Numbered from the whole stretch's first letter, positions 25,270 through 37,952 are shown. The stretch is 57,639 nt of DNA, filler included, from Sphacelaria rigidula (GCA_964200075.2; 6 parts of 6 records of this genome joined end to end with filler, not necessarily neighbours in it), one strand, 5' to 3'. Notes: generated by a model from the letters alone, not told the origin. Numbers and translations are program-made.

Positions 25270-26000
25270 AGTACGGTACAGTGTTTTCTTGTCTCCCTCC
25301 CTGTTGCTGCCTTTCCCCCCTTCAACGGGAACCATAAATGATCAGATAAACGGGAAACCTTGGAAAAACGTTGAACCTGTGAGCCTCTACGGTGGGTCAC
25401 CTGGGCCTTGCATTCATCTTTCAAGTCAAAGTTATGTCACTGCACAACCGATAACTCTCCCTGAAGGTGGTTGAATATAGATGGACAAAGCCGAACAAGG
25501 CTCAGTAAAGTTCAGGAGAGTGCTGTCTTCTCTCCCGTCCCCCCCTGCGTTCCTTCCCATTGCTCCCCTCATCTATGGCCATCGCCATGAACCAGATTAC
25601 ACGAAACCTGTTGAAAGCGTGAAGTCGTCCTGCCCCAGCTCTGGAAGTGAACCCTTGACCCTCCACGGTGGGTAATCTGTTTCTTGCATCCATCTTTCAA
25701 GTCATAATTATGCCAATGCAAAACAGATTACTCGCCCTGAAGGTGGTGTATATAGATGGGCAAAGCCGAACAACAAGGCACAACAGCACATAACAGGGCA
25801 ACGCAGTACAATGCAGTCCAGTACAGTGGAGTAGAGTGTTCTCTTCTCTCTCTCCCTCCGTGCTTCCCTTCTCATTGCTCCCATCATCTATGGGTATTAC
25901 CATGGACAAGAGTACAAGAAAACCTTTGGACAGTGTGAACTCGTCCTGCCCCCACTTATGTTCTGGAACCCTTGGGCCTCAACCGTGGGCAATCTGGGTC
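25270..26000. repeat. Diverged tandem repeat, about 2.5-3 units of roughly 280-310 bp
   Basis: Recurring blocks CATCTTTCAAGTCA, CCCTGAAGGTGGT, ATATAGATGG.CAAAGCCGAACAA and CATTGCTCCC.TCATCTATGG. Confidence 0.8.
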
Positions 26001-26399
26001 CCCTTCGTATTTCGAGCCAAATCACGCCTATCAATTCAGTACATGCAAACACAACACTGAAGCTTCATGGCAGCGCAGGGATGATGCACAGACGGCAGGG
26101 TGGTAAAGGTGGACTCTGCATAACCAAGAAACAGAAGAGCACAAGACAGTCACCATGGTGCTGTCTATTCCAGTACACACCAGGCTCTCCAACGTTGGTC
26201 CCCGGAGCGGTTGTATACACACGCGACAGCGCTTTGCTGTTCATATCCTCTCGGAATGCATTACACACGGACGTACTTTGACGACCCGAAAGAAGTTACT
26301 CCGGCTCAGATTTCTCCTGCCTTCTTGCTTCCCCCGTCCCGTCTTGTGTTTCTTTTCCACTTGCTCTTGTCGGAGACGGTGGTTTGTTGGGGAGGGTCC

Positions 26400-26832
26400 A
26401 TCGAGAGGCCAGCTAAAAATCAGAGACGATCTCGTCGACCACGAGTGCGATTCGAGCGCTGTTTTCTGCGTTGTGTGCTTCAAATCACAATGCATGTTGT
26501 GATGACCTCGCTTTCCGGGAATGTCCCACGCTTGGCACATCAGACGGCAAAAAACGTTATTTTTGCAGAGTCTCAGGGAACGCCAGAAGAGTTGAGAAAA
26601 GAGGAGCTCATCTCTTGCAGTGCGTGTCAGGGGTGTGGGCGTGTATGTGGCGCCTGAACAGGGAGGATGTCGCTTGAACGCACGGTTTGCTCGTTCTAAT
26701 GATGTGGTGTTAAATCAAGTGTATCCACATGGAAGAATGGAAACGACGATGAGTTGTCCATGATCGATAAAATTTCGTCGAGCAGCCTGACAAAATTCGG
26801 GGGCTACCACCCCCCCCCGATTCGCACCCCTG
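26400..26832 (-). mobile_element. Possible hAT 5' remnant
   Basis: Minus strand begins CAGGGGTGCGAATCGGGGGGGG (hAT-like terminus), followed by a degenerate zinc-finger-like peptide (NVFCRLMCQ...KTALESH). No matching second end was found. Confidence 0.3.
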
Positions 26833-27047
26833 ACAGTATCTCGTCCAAAAAAAAAAATTGATAAATAATGTCAGGGCACGCCACGATTAAGATATATATA
26901 TATATATATATACACCGAATGAATTTGAAAACGGGAGTGCCCTGACCCATGTCCATATTTAGCTCCTATCTTTAGGAGAGCCCCTGAAGGAGAGCGGTTA
27001 GGGCCCAAACGTGCAACCCGTACCGTAGCATCAATGCAAACAGTCCA

Positions 27048-27212
27048 CGCGGTGCGGGAGTAGTGTTGGTCATGATCCAGTCCGCGATTCAAAAGATAAA
27101 AAAGGCGTGTACAGTACGAGTACCGGGGGAGACACGAAAGGTTGGTTGATCCCTTTAGACCACGGATTTCATTCCGAGCAGGGTTCAAAATGAGACGGGG
27201 GAAAAAAATAAG
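27048..27212 (+). mobile_element. Truncated copy of the SINE body at 24600-24752
   Basis: Shared AGTGTTGGTCATGATCCA.TCCGCGA, AAGGCGTGTAC, GGTTGATCC, GACCACGGA and CCGAGCA blocks, then an A-rich tail. Confidence 0.65.
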
Positions 27213-27536
27213 AAGAGAGGAACACTGTCAATAGGGCTTCTAGTATAACCAGTACGAAGCCCAACCAGATACCTTTCTTTTTTTTCCCAACACGTGACGG
27301 CCAAATAGCCGCCGGGGCCCTCACCATCATCGAAACATGGCACACCAACTGTCCTCCATTTCACACACAGATTTTTAGTTGTTTTCTGGTGGTTGTTTCC
27401 GCGTGGTTGGAGATGTGGCAAACAACGTGAAAAGCGCAAACGAACAAAAAAGTGACAACGACAAATCTCAACGAATAGCGGAGGTGGTACTTCAATTCTC
27501 GTCACCAGATTTCCACGTAGCTACTGTACCGGGAAT

Positions 27537-27636
27537 AAGAGAGAGAGAGAAAGACGCCGAGAGACAGAGACAGAGATAGAGATAGAGACAGAGACAGACA
27601 GAGATACCGAGAGACAGACAACAGAGACACATACAG
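27537..27636. repeat. AG/AGAGAC-rich microsatellite
   Basis: Direct reading. Confidence 0.9.
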
Positions 27637-27712
27637 ACATGAGTCGATCCCTGGAGACGACGACGGAGTCTCTCCCCGCTGAACGGCGCGCAGGAGGCGG
27701 GCGAGCGGGGGG

Positions 27713-27783
27713 CGGGACGGGGGGACTCAGTTGTTGCTTGTCTTAGTCGTTCGACCATTGACCACGCATCTCTTTCGAGACGG
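27713..27783 (-). mobile_element. Very short LINE 3' end with C-rich tail
   Basis: Matches 40306-40376. GAGCGGGGGG occurs on both sides (27703-27712, 27794-27803) as part of a likely TSD. Confidence 0.75.
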
Positions 27784-28122
27784 GCTGGGGGTGGAGCGGG
27801 GGGAAATTGAACCCTGCTTCGTGTCATGACTTTCAAACCCGTCTCTTCTTTTGTGAATTGGGAGGGAACAGCCTACGCTGAGAGGCTTTTCCCCAACTGT
27901 AAAAACTCGGAGTTGAACTCTTACCCACGAATTCATCTAGAATCTTGAAAACAGGGGGGTGGGTGAAGGGGAGGGTGGGGGATATGGAAAGTACGGCAAA
28001 AATCGGAGAGATACAAGGTTCGCCGAGCGGTGTGTTGGATCGTCGCGGGGCTCCGGCGCCTGCAGGATCAACGAGAGGGCCAAACGATACCATGACTCTT
28101 CCTGCGGTATGTTCCCACACAC

Positions 28123-28214
28123 CTTCTTCGTCTTTTTTTTGGGCTCTTCCCTTGCTGCCTCCCCTTCGCCATCCTCCCCGTCCCCCGTCCCATCGCCATC
28201 ACCGCCTGCTTCAC
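28123..28214 (-). CDS. DENR: DENR exon (acidic/Gly linker and Lys-rich stretch)
   Basis: CAG acceptor, GTGTGT donor. GEAGGDGDGTGDGEDGEGEAAREEPKKKTKK joins in phase 0 to the exon starting at 23334. Confidence 0.65.
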
Positions 28215-28280
28215 CTGACATCTGATTCGGAAACGCAGGGCAGACCACGGCAAACAGTAAAAGGGGAGGGGGGAACATTA

Positions 28281-28538
28281 CAAGGGTCAGACGAATTGAT
28301 GATTCGTCTGGAAATTACTCGATTCTAGTGTAATTGATTCATACCGCACAAATCAATCCTTAGGCTTTGTTTTCAGCGTTGCAAGCCAGGTACGCGCAGC
28401 CCAGGCATGTGGAGTGGCGCAAAAGTTGCGTGGAGACGTGTTTGACCGGCGGCCGACTTATTTCTCTCTTTCGAGCAATCAGGCCTGAGAAATCGTGGAT
28501 TTGGCTATTCGAACCGGCAATGATTCGTCCTATCCGTG
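28281..28538. mobile_element. P-like MITE, family A, copy 2
   Basis: CAAGGGTCAGACGAA...TTCGTCCTATCCGTG, TSD GAACATTA/GAATATTA. Homologous to 7305-7548. Confidence 0.8.
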
Positions 28539-29149
28539 GAATATTACTGGACGAGATGATCCAGTGAATAGTGGCCATGCCGACAAAAAAAGGGTCAGGG
28601 TTCGAGACAATTTCAAGACAAAATCAATTGATCAACCCTCCTCTCCTCCCCCCCCCCCCTTCTAGGCCGAAGATCTGTGGAGGAAACCCTCGACAACCTT
28701 TCACGGTTAGGACAAATCATCACGACTCAAAATCATCAAATTCACGATTTCTTCTGCCTGATTGCCCGAAAGNNNNNNNNNNNNNNNNNNNNNNNNNNNN
28801 NNNNNNNNNNNNNNNNTTAATTAATTAANNNNNNNNNNNNNNNNNNNNNNNNNNNNNNNNNNNNNNNNNNNNGTGGGACCTACGGTTTATACAGCATGAC
28901 TACTTGCGCGTCATGGCGAGTCGACTCGTGTAAATGTTGATTTGTCCTAACCGTGTTCCATTCTCTCCCCAAGTACGGGTCTTCTGTCAGAGCCTGCTAC
29001 ATACGAATTACGATGCCCTAAACACGCGGGAGGCATCGTTCGAACGTACTCACTTTATCCTACTACTTTATGACCTCTGCTCACCCTACTCCTCATGCGA
29101 CTGACCGCACACATCACGGGGCTTCGCGCTTGGTGATTGATTGCGAGCC

Positions 29150-29260
29150 TGATCCGACGATAAACCGACGTGCTCCGTCCCGGTTTTTGTAGAGATACGA
29201 GGTCAACGATCATGTGACTACGGTATACATTATCATAGGCACCCCCCCCCCCACCCCCCC
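29150..29260 (+). mobile_element. Diverged LINE 3' end (second subfamily) with C11-A-C7 tail
   Basis: GTGCTCCGTC...GAGGTCAACGATC...GACTACGGTAT.CAT.ATCAT followed by C runs at 29242-29260. Confidence 0.6.
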
Positions 29261-30846
29261 GACACACACACAGTACACCCCCCCCACACACATGCCCTCC
29301 CGCTCCGTTTTCCACGGGGATCAAAGCAAGGCACCCCCTCTCCGAACATTCTCGGCAGGAAGGGGGTGTCATCCGACGCGTGAGCCATTTGCGGCCGGAC
29401 AACAATGAACCTGAGCACGTGAGCGATACCAATCAATAATAGAAAGCCTGCAACTTGCCCTCAGTAGTGCCAGCTTTTAGCTTTCTGACGGGATAGGGAA
29501 AGCAGACACCCAGGCGAAGATATTGTTCCATTCCATCCCGAAGTACCCGCTGGGACCATAATGTAACATCAAGGCCTGTTGAATGCCAATGACGATGACC
29601 CTGGACAGCAAATGGCCACTAGAACGTATTCATCCTACTTGCTGGTTTGAGACCGCCCTTCACCCCCTCCTCGACTATGAGATGAGAATATGTACTCCCC
29701 AACCAAACACCCTCACCCGAGCTGGTCTTATTTGATGCACAAGCCATTTGTGGCCGGACTGCATGATGGTTCTTCTGAACGGGAGAAAGATTTCTTCAAA
29801 CGTTGATACCCTGTTACTATGTATCCCTAGCATCGTCAGGAGTACCACCGTTCGTTTGTGGCATGACGAAGTGATAGATGTCACCCTACGACGTCCTCGA
29901 CAGCGCATATGTAGTCGTTAGTGCATGCACTAAATGTGCGACTCCTGATGAGGTCTTGAATGAACTGAAACAGCAGAATCAATAGACTGGAAACAATAGC
30001 TCCCAAGTTCGTCTAAATTCAAATGCATCGGTCAGGACCCGTCGGTCCAAGCGCTGCAAGTCCATTTGGCGTTTCAAAGCCGGACTCTATCCGACTTGGC
30101 TGCAAGTTCTTCCTACCTCCACTAACTCGACAGTTTATGTGCAATGTCCAGACTGCTTTTTTGATAGCCCGCCTTGAACACCCCGAGTTGGTAATCTTGA
30201 ATGAATGTAAATAAATGGTAATCCTACTTCCAAGCCGCGACTTGTATCTAAGTCATGTTCAAGTCCAGCTGCGATTCGACCACCTGCCCGTGTTCGTCTC
30301 ATGTACCTTGTACTGACACCACAACACCCGGAATACACTCACACAGCCCCGTAGCAATCGTTCAATGTCATGGATCTGTTGCTGTCCACCCACAGGTGGC
30401 TGCAGAAGGCTGACGCTAGCAGATGTTAAGCTGCCGTGCGAGCTGTGGCTCAATTGTGCCAGACGAAAGATTTAAAATGGAATGGGCGCTCATGGCCAAC
30501 ACAGACTTGTAGAGAGAGTACAATGGACTGTCGAAGTCCAGTTGAGAAGTTGGAGAAATGAAGAGTGAAAAGACTTGGGCTCACGATGTGCTTGTGAGTT
30601 CTCTTGTGCTCCTCTTCTCAAGCGTTCGTATCTCAATCCTATCAAAGATTCTCGATCGTACCGGACCGTTACTCAGACCGATTTACAGTATACGAAGTAC
30701 TTGTTTTAGACGTACTCTGGAACGTTCGTGTATTCGACGTTTCAACCGACAGCGGTTGCTCCGCTTAAGCACCAAACGACCCAAGATACCTGCGCTGTGT
30801 TACTGAGCATTGCCCGTGTAGTCTATGCCATAGTATATCCCTAAAC

Positions 30847-32850
30847 CTCAAGCCATCGCACGGTGCAAATGGCCTCGTAGCGGACGAGAAACGCGCTTGC
30901 TGCACACAGTTCCATAAGTTACATCTGCACCGGACTGGACTTGGACATAGCATTTGTCAAAAACGCGACTTGCGCAACTTGGACAGAAGCTATGTTGGCT
31001 GAAGGCATGGCAGCACATAATCCGGTGCTTGCGATTGACAGCGGCCGCGTTGCAGACGAGAACGCCAACAGACAATTGCCGCTAGTACGTCCGACCCGCA
31101 TGATTTCTCGATGTACTGAGGTTTTAGGCAGCGTGAGCATGTATCTACAGTACCGACAGTGTTCAATAAACTAGAAATGTGCACGCTGCTCGGGTGTCTC
31201 GCGTCGTACGTCATCAACGTTGGGACCGGTGCTACCAACAACTTCATACACGCTCCATGTATATTGTCCACTGCCTGTGTAGCCTGTGGCTGTTGGGTAC
31301 GAAGTGTGGATAGCGTGTACCAGCCGCAAAGGTGGCTCCATGAATCGATCGTTTCTTAGTCGTACGGTCGGTGTCCTCGACACGCAACTAGTGGGTCGAT
31401 TTCCCACGGCTGTAGGAGCTGCGAGGAAAAAGGCCAGGGTTAGGGTATCGTGGGTCTTTCGTGTAATGCGTGAGAGGACCGCGTGCTTAGAGGATCGCGC
31501 CGTAGTTCAAAATACCTCAGGATCGACGTTTTTCAAAATCAGTCCGGCCAGTCCCTGCAGGTACTACGTCCCTGACCATAACCCCGACACTAACCCTAAC
31601 CCTAACCCTGGCCCTAACCATAGGGATATTCAAATACCGATGCGGTCCTCTAAGCACGCGTTCCTCTCACGCATTACACTTAGCACGCCCTAGACAGTTT
31701 GACATTCTTTGGTTGATTCGGGAATATGATTACGATACGTGTATTGCGTCTCCGTCACTAGGGGCAGATGTCAATTTTCAGGGGCGCTTGCCAGTATCCA
31801 GATACGCTCCCCCCTACTCAGGTGCGCTTTCCCTTCCCCGGGTGCGCTTCCCCCAACCCATGTGCGCTTCCCCATAGTCAGGTGCGCTTCCCCATTGTCA
31901 GGGGCGCTTGCCCCTAATCCGGGCCGTTCCCCCTTAACCAGGGGTGCTTCCCCATAGTCAGGCGCGCTTGCCCTGAATCCGGACCGTTTGCCCTTAAGCG
32001 AAAAGTTGCCCTTAACCGGGTGTTGCCCTTAACCTGCAACAGGGCTTCTAGATATACACAACACTAACCCTAACCCTAACCCTAACCCTAACCCTAACCT
32101 GTACCGCGTGCCCACAGGCGAGAGACACCTGTATCGTGTGCCCACGAGTCAGAGACACGCGTATCGTGGGTCCTTAGCACGCCCTAGACAGTTTGGCATT
32201 CTTCGGCTGATTCGGGAATATGTTGACGATACGTGTACAGCTCCTCCGTCGCTAGGGGCAGATGCCAATCTTCAGAGGCGCTTGCCCGTATTTAGGTGCG
32301 CTTCCCCCTACCCAGGTGTGCTTCCCCTTACCCAGGTGCGCTTCCCCATAGTCAGGGGGGCTTTCCCATAGACAGGTGCGCTTCCCCACAGTCAGGAGCA
32401 CTTCCCCTTACCCAGGGGCGCTTCCCCATAGTCGGGGGCGCTTCCCCATAGTCGGGGGCGCTTGCCCTTAATCCGGACCGCTTGCCCTTAAGCGAAAAGT
32501 TGCCCTTAACCAGGCGTTGCCCTTAATCTGCAACAGGCCCACGATGGCTAAGGACTGCGTGAGTGTGTTGCAGCTACTGTGGTATCGACACAAAGCACAT
32601 GAGACGAACGCGGACAGGTATTCCACTCGCTGGACTTGGACATAGCTTATGTCCAACTCCAGTCGGGTGGCGGCATTTTTTTACACTGCGTGTAGCAGGC
32701 GCGTTTCTCGTCCGCTACGAGGCCGTTTGCACCCCACGATAGCTTGAACGATGGCTAGGGACTGTGTGAGTGTATTGCAGCCGCTGTGGTGCCGAAGAAT
32801 CGCACATGGGACAAACGCGGGCAGGTAGTCGAATCGCAGCTGGATTCGGT
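30847..32850. repeat. Composite repeat region with inverted arms, internal duplications and telomere-like units
   Basis: Inverted similarity between 30847-30958 and 32639-32746. Direct duplicates 31680-32043 vs 32173-32537 (with GCGCTTCCCC subrepeats) and 32541-32646 vs 32747-32856. (CTAACC)n at 31590-31619 and 32063-32099. Confidence 0.75.
31461..31679. mobile_element. Small TIR element containing telomeric repeats
   Basis: About 38-bp TIR GTGTAATGCGTGAGAGGA.CGCGTGCTTAGAGGA.CGC. The empty site GTATCGTGGGTCCTTAGCACGCCC is visible at 32161-32184. Confidence 0.8.
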
Positions 32851-34756
32851 CATAACTATTTCCATGTCGCGACCTGGATATAGCATTAACGTAAAACCAA
32901 TGGTGTTTTCCAAAGCGAAATGGCGGTTGATACTACAAAAGGCATCTCGGATTGGACGTATTTACCAAATTTCGAGTCGAGCAGTGTTATTGTTCTTGAT
33001 TTGCATCAGAGTTGGGCCTGCGAGACTTGGGCCTGGAGTACCGCGGAAGTGCCCCTGGGTGCATCGCTTCTCTGCAGCCCCTTGGGCGCGAAAGCGTTTT
33101 CTTGGATTGTGGTAGTCTGGGTGTTCTCCAGTGCATCATTCAAGCCGCGATGCCCTGAGCCGTGGGGTGTTTTGTGCAATCGACTTATGCTACGATATAC
33201 CCCCCTCCGGAAAGAAAAAGAAAAAATGTGCCTGGTTTGAGGAGGAAAATTTGCACGTAAATCGAAATGAAAAAGCCGAGCACAACCAGCAGCTGGAAAG
33301 TCCCGCGCTTGGGGTCACTTTCGCCTATATCGCCCATATGAGGCTCTTCATGCAGCCTGAAACCAAGCATCATGCGCTGTATGACCATTTTCTTCGTGAC
33401 ATTTTTGGGCTGGTCGCGGAGGGAGGTATCGTAGCATTAATCAATCAACCATTGATGTTGCACAGGATCGGTACAGAATCGGCGATTTATTCGCATTGAC
33501 GGCTTTTGACGGATGATGATTCGTTCTGTGCAGCGGGGTTATTCTTTTTTGTGAGATCTTCTCGTCGATGATATTGATATATCATTGACGTCCCCTCGTC
33601 GTCCTGAAAAATCTGTTTTGAAATTAATTGGTGTTCCAAAACATCCCACCGGCGTTTCTCAGCCGTACTTCGAAACCTCGTTCACTGTCACCGACGTCAT
33701 ACCCCGTACCATGTACCTTCAGAGGTCACGGACCTGATGAACTGCTCTTTCTCAGCCGAGGGATAATAATTGGCGTCTTTCTGTGCGGTTTATTCATGAC
33801 CTATGAACAACCCGAACGGCAATTTCGCGCATGCGATCGCCAGCCCCCACCCAAGGGACTGTCCTCTTTCTTCTCGAGTTTCATTTCTCTTTCTACATTT
33901 CAAATCGTCTCCAAATCATGTTCTCAGCGCCGAATGCTCCACATTATTATCCTTATCTTTGGAATCACTCGATTTGGGCGGTGGCGCGAATCATGAAAAA
34001 CCTTCCACCAGTTGTAGCAGTTCTCATTTGCGTGAGAACGTTTCCCTGCAGACGGGTGCCATTTAAATAATAAGCTTTCGAAGACCAGCATGCCGCCTTG
34101 ACTCGACTTTCGAATACTCTCAGTTGTTTCTTTCGTCGTTCGCCTCTCCTGCAGACAGGTGTCATTTCGCACTGGACGCCCCACGAACTAGTATCGTACT
34201 TAGTTCCAGAGTACGTATGTATCTCTTGGTGTCATGTTTTCGCTGAAGCTCTCTGAACTGAGCTTTGTGATTTCACTTGATTCTTGGGTATATTGTTCCG
34301 CTGATCCCCCTTCGTTTGCATCTCGCTGAGCAGTGGAGTGCGCTCTGTTTCTGCTTGGGCGCGGAGTAGATTATCGTTCCGCGCTATATTTCGCATGTCC
34401 TTAGGGTATTGATGGCGTTACGATGCGTTCCGTTCAGATTTTGTGTCCACGTCTCAGCGGATCCTTCGATTGTCAGGGGTACTGTCATCCATGTCGCACG
34501 CTCTTCAATGGTGGAATCGGTATAGTTTATAGTTGAAAATTGAATCGACATCATGTTCATTTGATAATTAGAAGGCACGAGATAAATCCGTGCCGCCGCT
34601 CTCCGTTGAACACAGTCTTCATCTCGGGGCAGGCCTAGACACTTGAAGTGTGTTTTGATCTTGCATGCATTTTCCCTCTGCACTGATGCTGCTGCAGCTC
34701 GTGCTACTATCTCGGCGCCACATGAATTTCGTTCATCATGGTCGGATGCAACGTTC

Positions 34757-35006
34757 GAGTCATGCCACGGTAAGGGGGGGGGTATTTTGGGTCGTTTCTT
34801 CCACGAAATTATACTTGCAGTCGTCACATATAGCAGCAACGGTTGTTCGAATGCGCTTGCTCCCGATAAACAACGGCGCAGTCATACTTCTTGACACCAC
34901 TTTTACCCAAATACAAGCGCACCCCGAGTGTGTTACGTCCTCTGAACCACCTGTGAGCCCACTTCTTGTGAAATCGTACACCCCTCCCCCTATCGTAGCA
35001 TGACTC
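34757..35006. mobile_element. 250-bp MITE with GAG...CTC ends and 4-bp TSD (Sola2-like signature)
   Basis: TIR GAGTCATGC(C/T)ACG(G/A)TA then a G-run. TSD GTTC at 34753-34756 and 35007-35010. Confidence 0.85.
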
Positions 35007-35753
35007 GTTCACTTTTTTTTCGAATGTGAGTCGGCATCATCTCAACGGGTGCTGAACCTTTGTGTGCGTGTGCGTCACATAAATCATCGTTATTTATTAA
35101 ATCCATGTATATACTTGAGCGAGTTAACACACCACGTGCTCAGCTGATAAGCAGCTATGCCTTCTTCTTCAAGCTATGCCATATGCCATGACGCAACGCA
35201 CATAACCATCACCGTTACTCATGTATCTTGGCTATCGATCCGTTTAGCGTGGCGGCGAAAGCCGCCAAACCCCGGGGCATATGTAAATGTATTGTGGGGG
35301 CCAAGTTCACCTATGGTTGTCCTTTTGCGTGTGGTGAGCGAGTCAATTTGTGAACCGTGTTCTCCGTGAGTCCACCTGGTCAGACATATCTCGGTTATCC
35401 TTGAATCTAGAGTCGCCCGTTCCGGGATTTGTGTGTACGGCAACGAACTCCGCTCTGAAGGCAGGGCGGGCATCTCTCAAGTGCGAGAAAGTGTTATTGG
35501 GCCTCAGCGCGATGACACAGTAGTTGGCAAAGACGGGCTACCTCACAGCGTATAACAGTACTTCTCGGGGGAAAGCTCTCCTTGACGTGTATCTGAACTT
35601 AAAATGTACAACTGATTCTACTCACTGCTGTAGGTTATGCAGGCAAGATTGGCTGCCGATTATGATCTTGTAGTGGTGACTAGACCAGCACCTTTCGTGA
35701 AAAATGCTAGAATCAATCATCGTCATTCCGGGTCAAAATAAAAACCCACACAC

Positions 35754-35915
35754 CTTTCGGCGGCTGAGATCGTAGGGGTAGGGACCTCCGTTTTCCACAT
35801 AATCGGTGTCTCCGTCTGGATTCGTGACTACATCGTAGAATGTTCCGTGCTCAATCTCCAATCCGTCTTCGTCTATGAAGAAGCACGAAGTTTCGTCCAA
35901 GCCTGTGTCGACGAC
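35754..35915 (-). CDS. Subtilisin-like S8 protease exon with catalytic Asp
   Basis: CAG acceptor, GTGTGT donor, 162 nt in phase 0: VVDTGLDETSCFF...DLSRRK (DTG motif of KP-43/TagC-like S8 proteases). Confidence 0.88.
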
Positions 35916-37952
35916 CTGTCCGCCGCCATGTTCACGATGCGAAAGACGATGCGTGGAGGTTAACGGCTCCTCGGAGTTGCAAGTTAGCTGCGAGAAGATC
36001 TGCTCCAATCGCGTGTCGCCTCCTTGGTCTTCGTTCTAGATTTCACAAGATACATCAGTTCTGGTGCTTTTTCACCAAAACTTTGGGGACGGGCTTGTCT
36101 CGGCCGATGGTTGTAATTCTCGCAGTTTCGCTGCTACCTATCTCTGTCGTTTTGTAGGTACAGCATCATGAATGGACATGCAAAAAATACGGCAATAACT
36201 TCAGGCCTGGCTCGCCGTATATTACCACAAGCTAGACTCTGAGTGTAACAGGCAACGTAAAAACCTACGACGATTATGCGAAGTCCACAACGATCGTGTA
36301 CTGCCACGTTTTTACGGCGCATTTCAACGCATTGCAACTCGAAGACAAGAGTGAGTAAAACAACGCTGAATTGATGTGAACCGTTGTTGTGTTGAAACAC
36401 TGAACGATGATGACATCTTCACAGCGGAAAGTCACGGAGTTTTGTACAAAGAAGGTCACCGCCAACACTTCATGAAATCGAAAAAGGGGGGAAGGATGGA
36501 TCGGTACCAGGGGGCGAGCGCATCTGTATTCACTGCTTCATGCTCGTGTGACTTATTACGTTTAGCTGCTTCTGTTGTGGCTGTAGATGTTATGATGTTG
36601 CTCGTAAATATTGAGAGTACTAACCATGAAGGTTTAGACTGTAGAGTAAAAATCACATGATTGCAGTACAGGTGCAGCTGGGAGATAAAACCGTTGATGA
36701 CGATAGTCCGCTCGACTGTATCGCAACCTTTGTATATGCTGTAGTTTCGGTTGGGCAGGAAATGCTGATGAATCTACAATCCATTCAGCGTCCATTAATG
36801 GAGGGACGCGATTGATATCGGACGAGCAAGTGTAGTGTGCGCTCATGTGTGCATGCATTCGGTGATCAACAGGATTCGCCAAGTTCGTAACCTGATGTGG
36901 AAACAGGCAGAGAACTCGAGCTGCACACCACAATTGATCTCACAGGATGACTGATACCCACGCTGCAGTAAAGGGGCATGCATGTAGTTCGGGTTGTCAA
37001 GGATGTGCTTCGCAGACAGTGGAGGGGGACTCAGAAGCTGAGCGCACCACGAGGGTCTGTTTTACCACGCAAAAGGTGTGGTGCGGTTAGTTTATTGGAC
37101 ACGGGAAGTTTCTTGATTGGTACGCAAGAATCGCAGACAACAGGGCCGAGGCATCGCCCGTGGCATCCTCTTTTTGCTTGATCATACGTGAGACACATGA
37201 CGCAACTATTTTAACCAAGCGTCGTCAAAAGTTCCAAACTGTAGCCGGATGCTAGTTGTATACTCCAGTACGACCACGCCTTCAGATACGCCTTCTCGCG
37301 TGACAGCTATATTGCAACCATCTCCAGAAGCGATTTGCGCTTGGGTATTGACCCATGCTTCTTGAAACGTAAACGTGCTGGCTGCGCACTTGAAGTTGAT
37401 AACAAAATGTTTAAGAGGTTGCGCCGAAGGCCACCAAATCCCCTCTGATGAACCCCCAATGTTTTGCAAAGGGACCGCGGGCCAGGTGGGTTGATCTCTC
37501 CCCGCCAATTTCGTCACCTTGAATTTTTATCATACGAATGTTCCAGTCTAAGAAAAACTTCAGCTGATGCATCACCATCATCCTCGAGGCCGACACGACT
37601 CACAGTGGCAACACATGATATGAAACAAATTGTTGAAGTTTCTTCGATCGAGACAAAGAAAAGACTCATAGAGGACGGGGTTTCATTTGATTCCTATTTC
37701 TTCTTTGTTCCTTTGCTGCCACATTATACCAGTACAGCTTGTGGAGGAACAAACTATATGTTCTGGGGTTTGTGCATATAAGTATTCTCAGTGCATGCTC
37801 GTAGCATGCCGAAATCATCCTGCTCCCTTTCCATCCATCATCCACCCGAGCGACCTGTTTCTCCTGGCTCTTACCCGTAGCCTCCTCTACCTGTATGGCG
37901 TGTATGTATGTCGTATTCCCCCCCACAACAGTTCTTTCATTCAATCACTTAC

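Noticed and set aside
28702-28955. Inverted repeat CACGGTTAGGACAAATCA spanning the gap
   Set aside because: The two arms lie on different contigs separated by an artificial linker.
30368-30751. Possible solo LTR (TGTCA...GACA)
   Set aside because: No TSD and no second copy in the window.
32063-32099. Telomere
   Set aside because: Short, internal and embedded in repeats.
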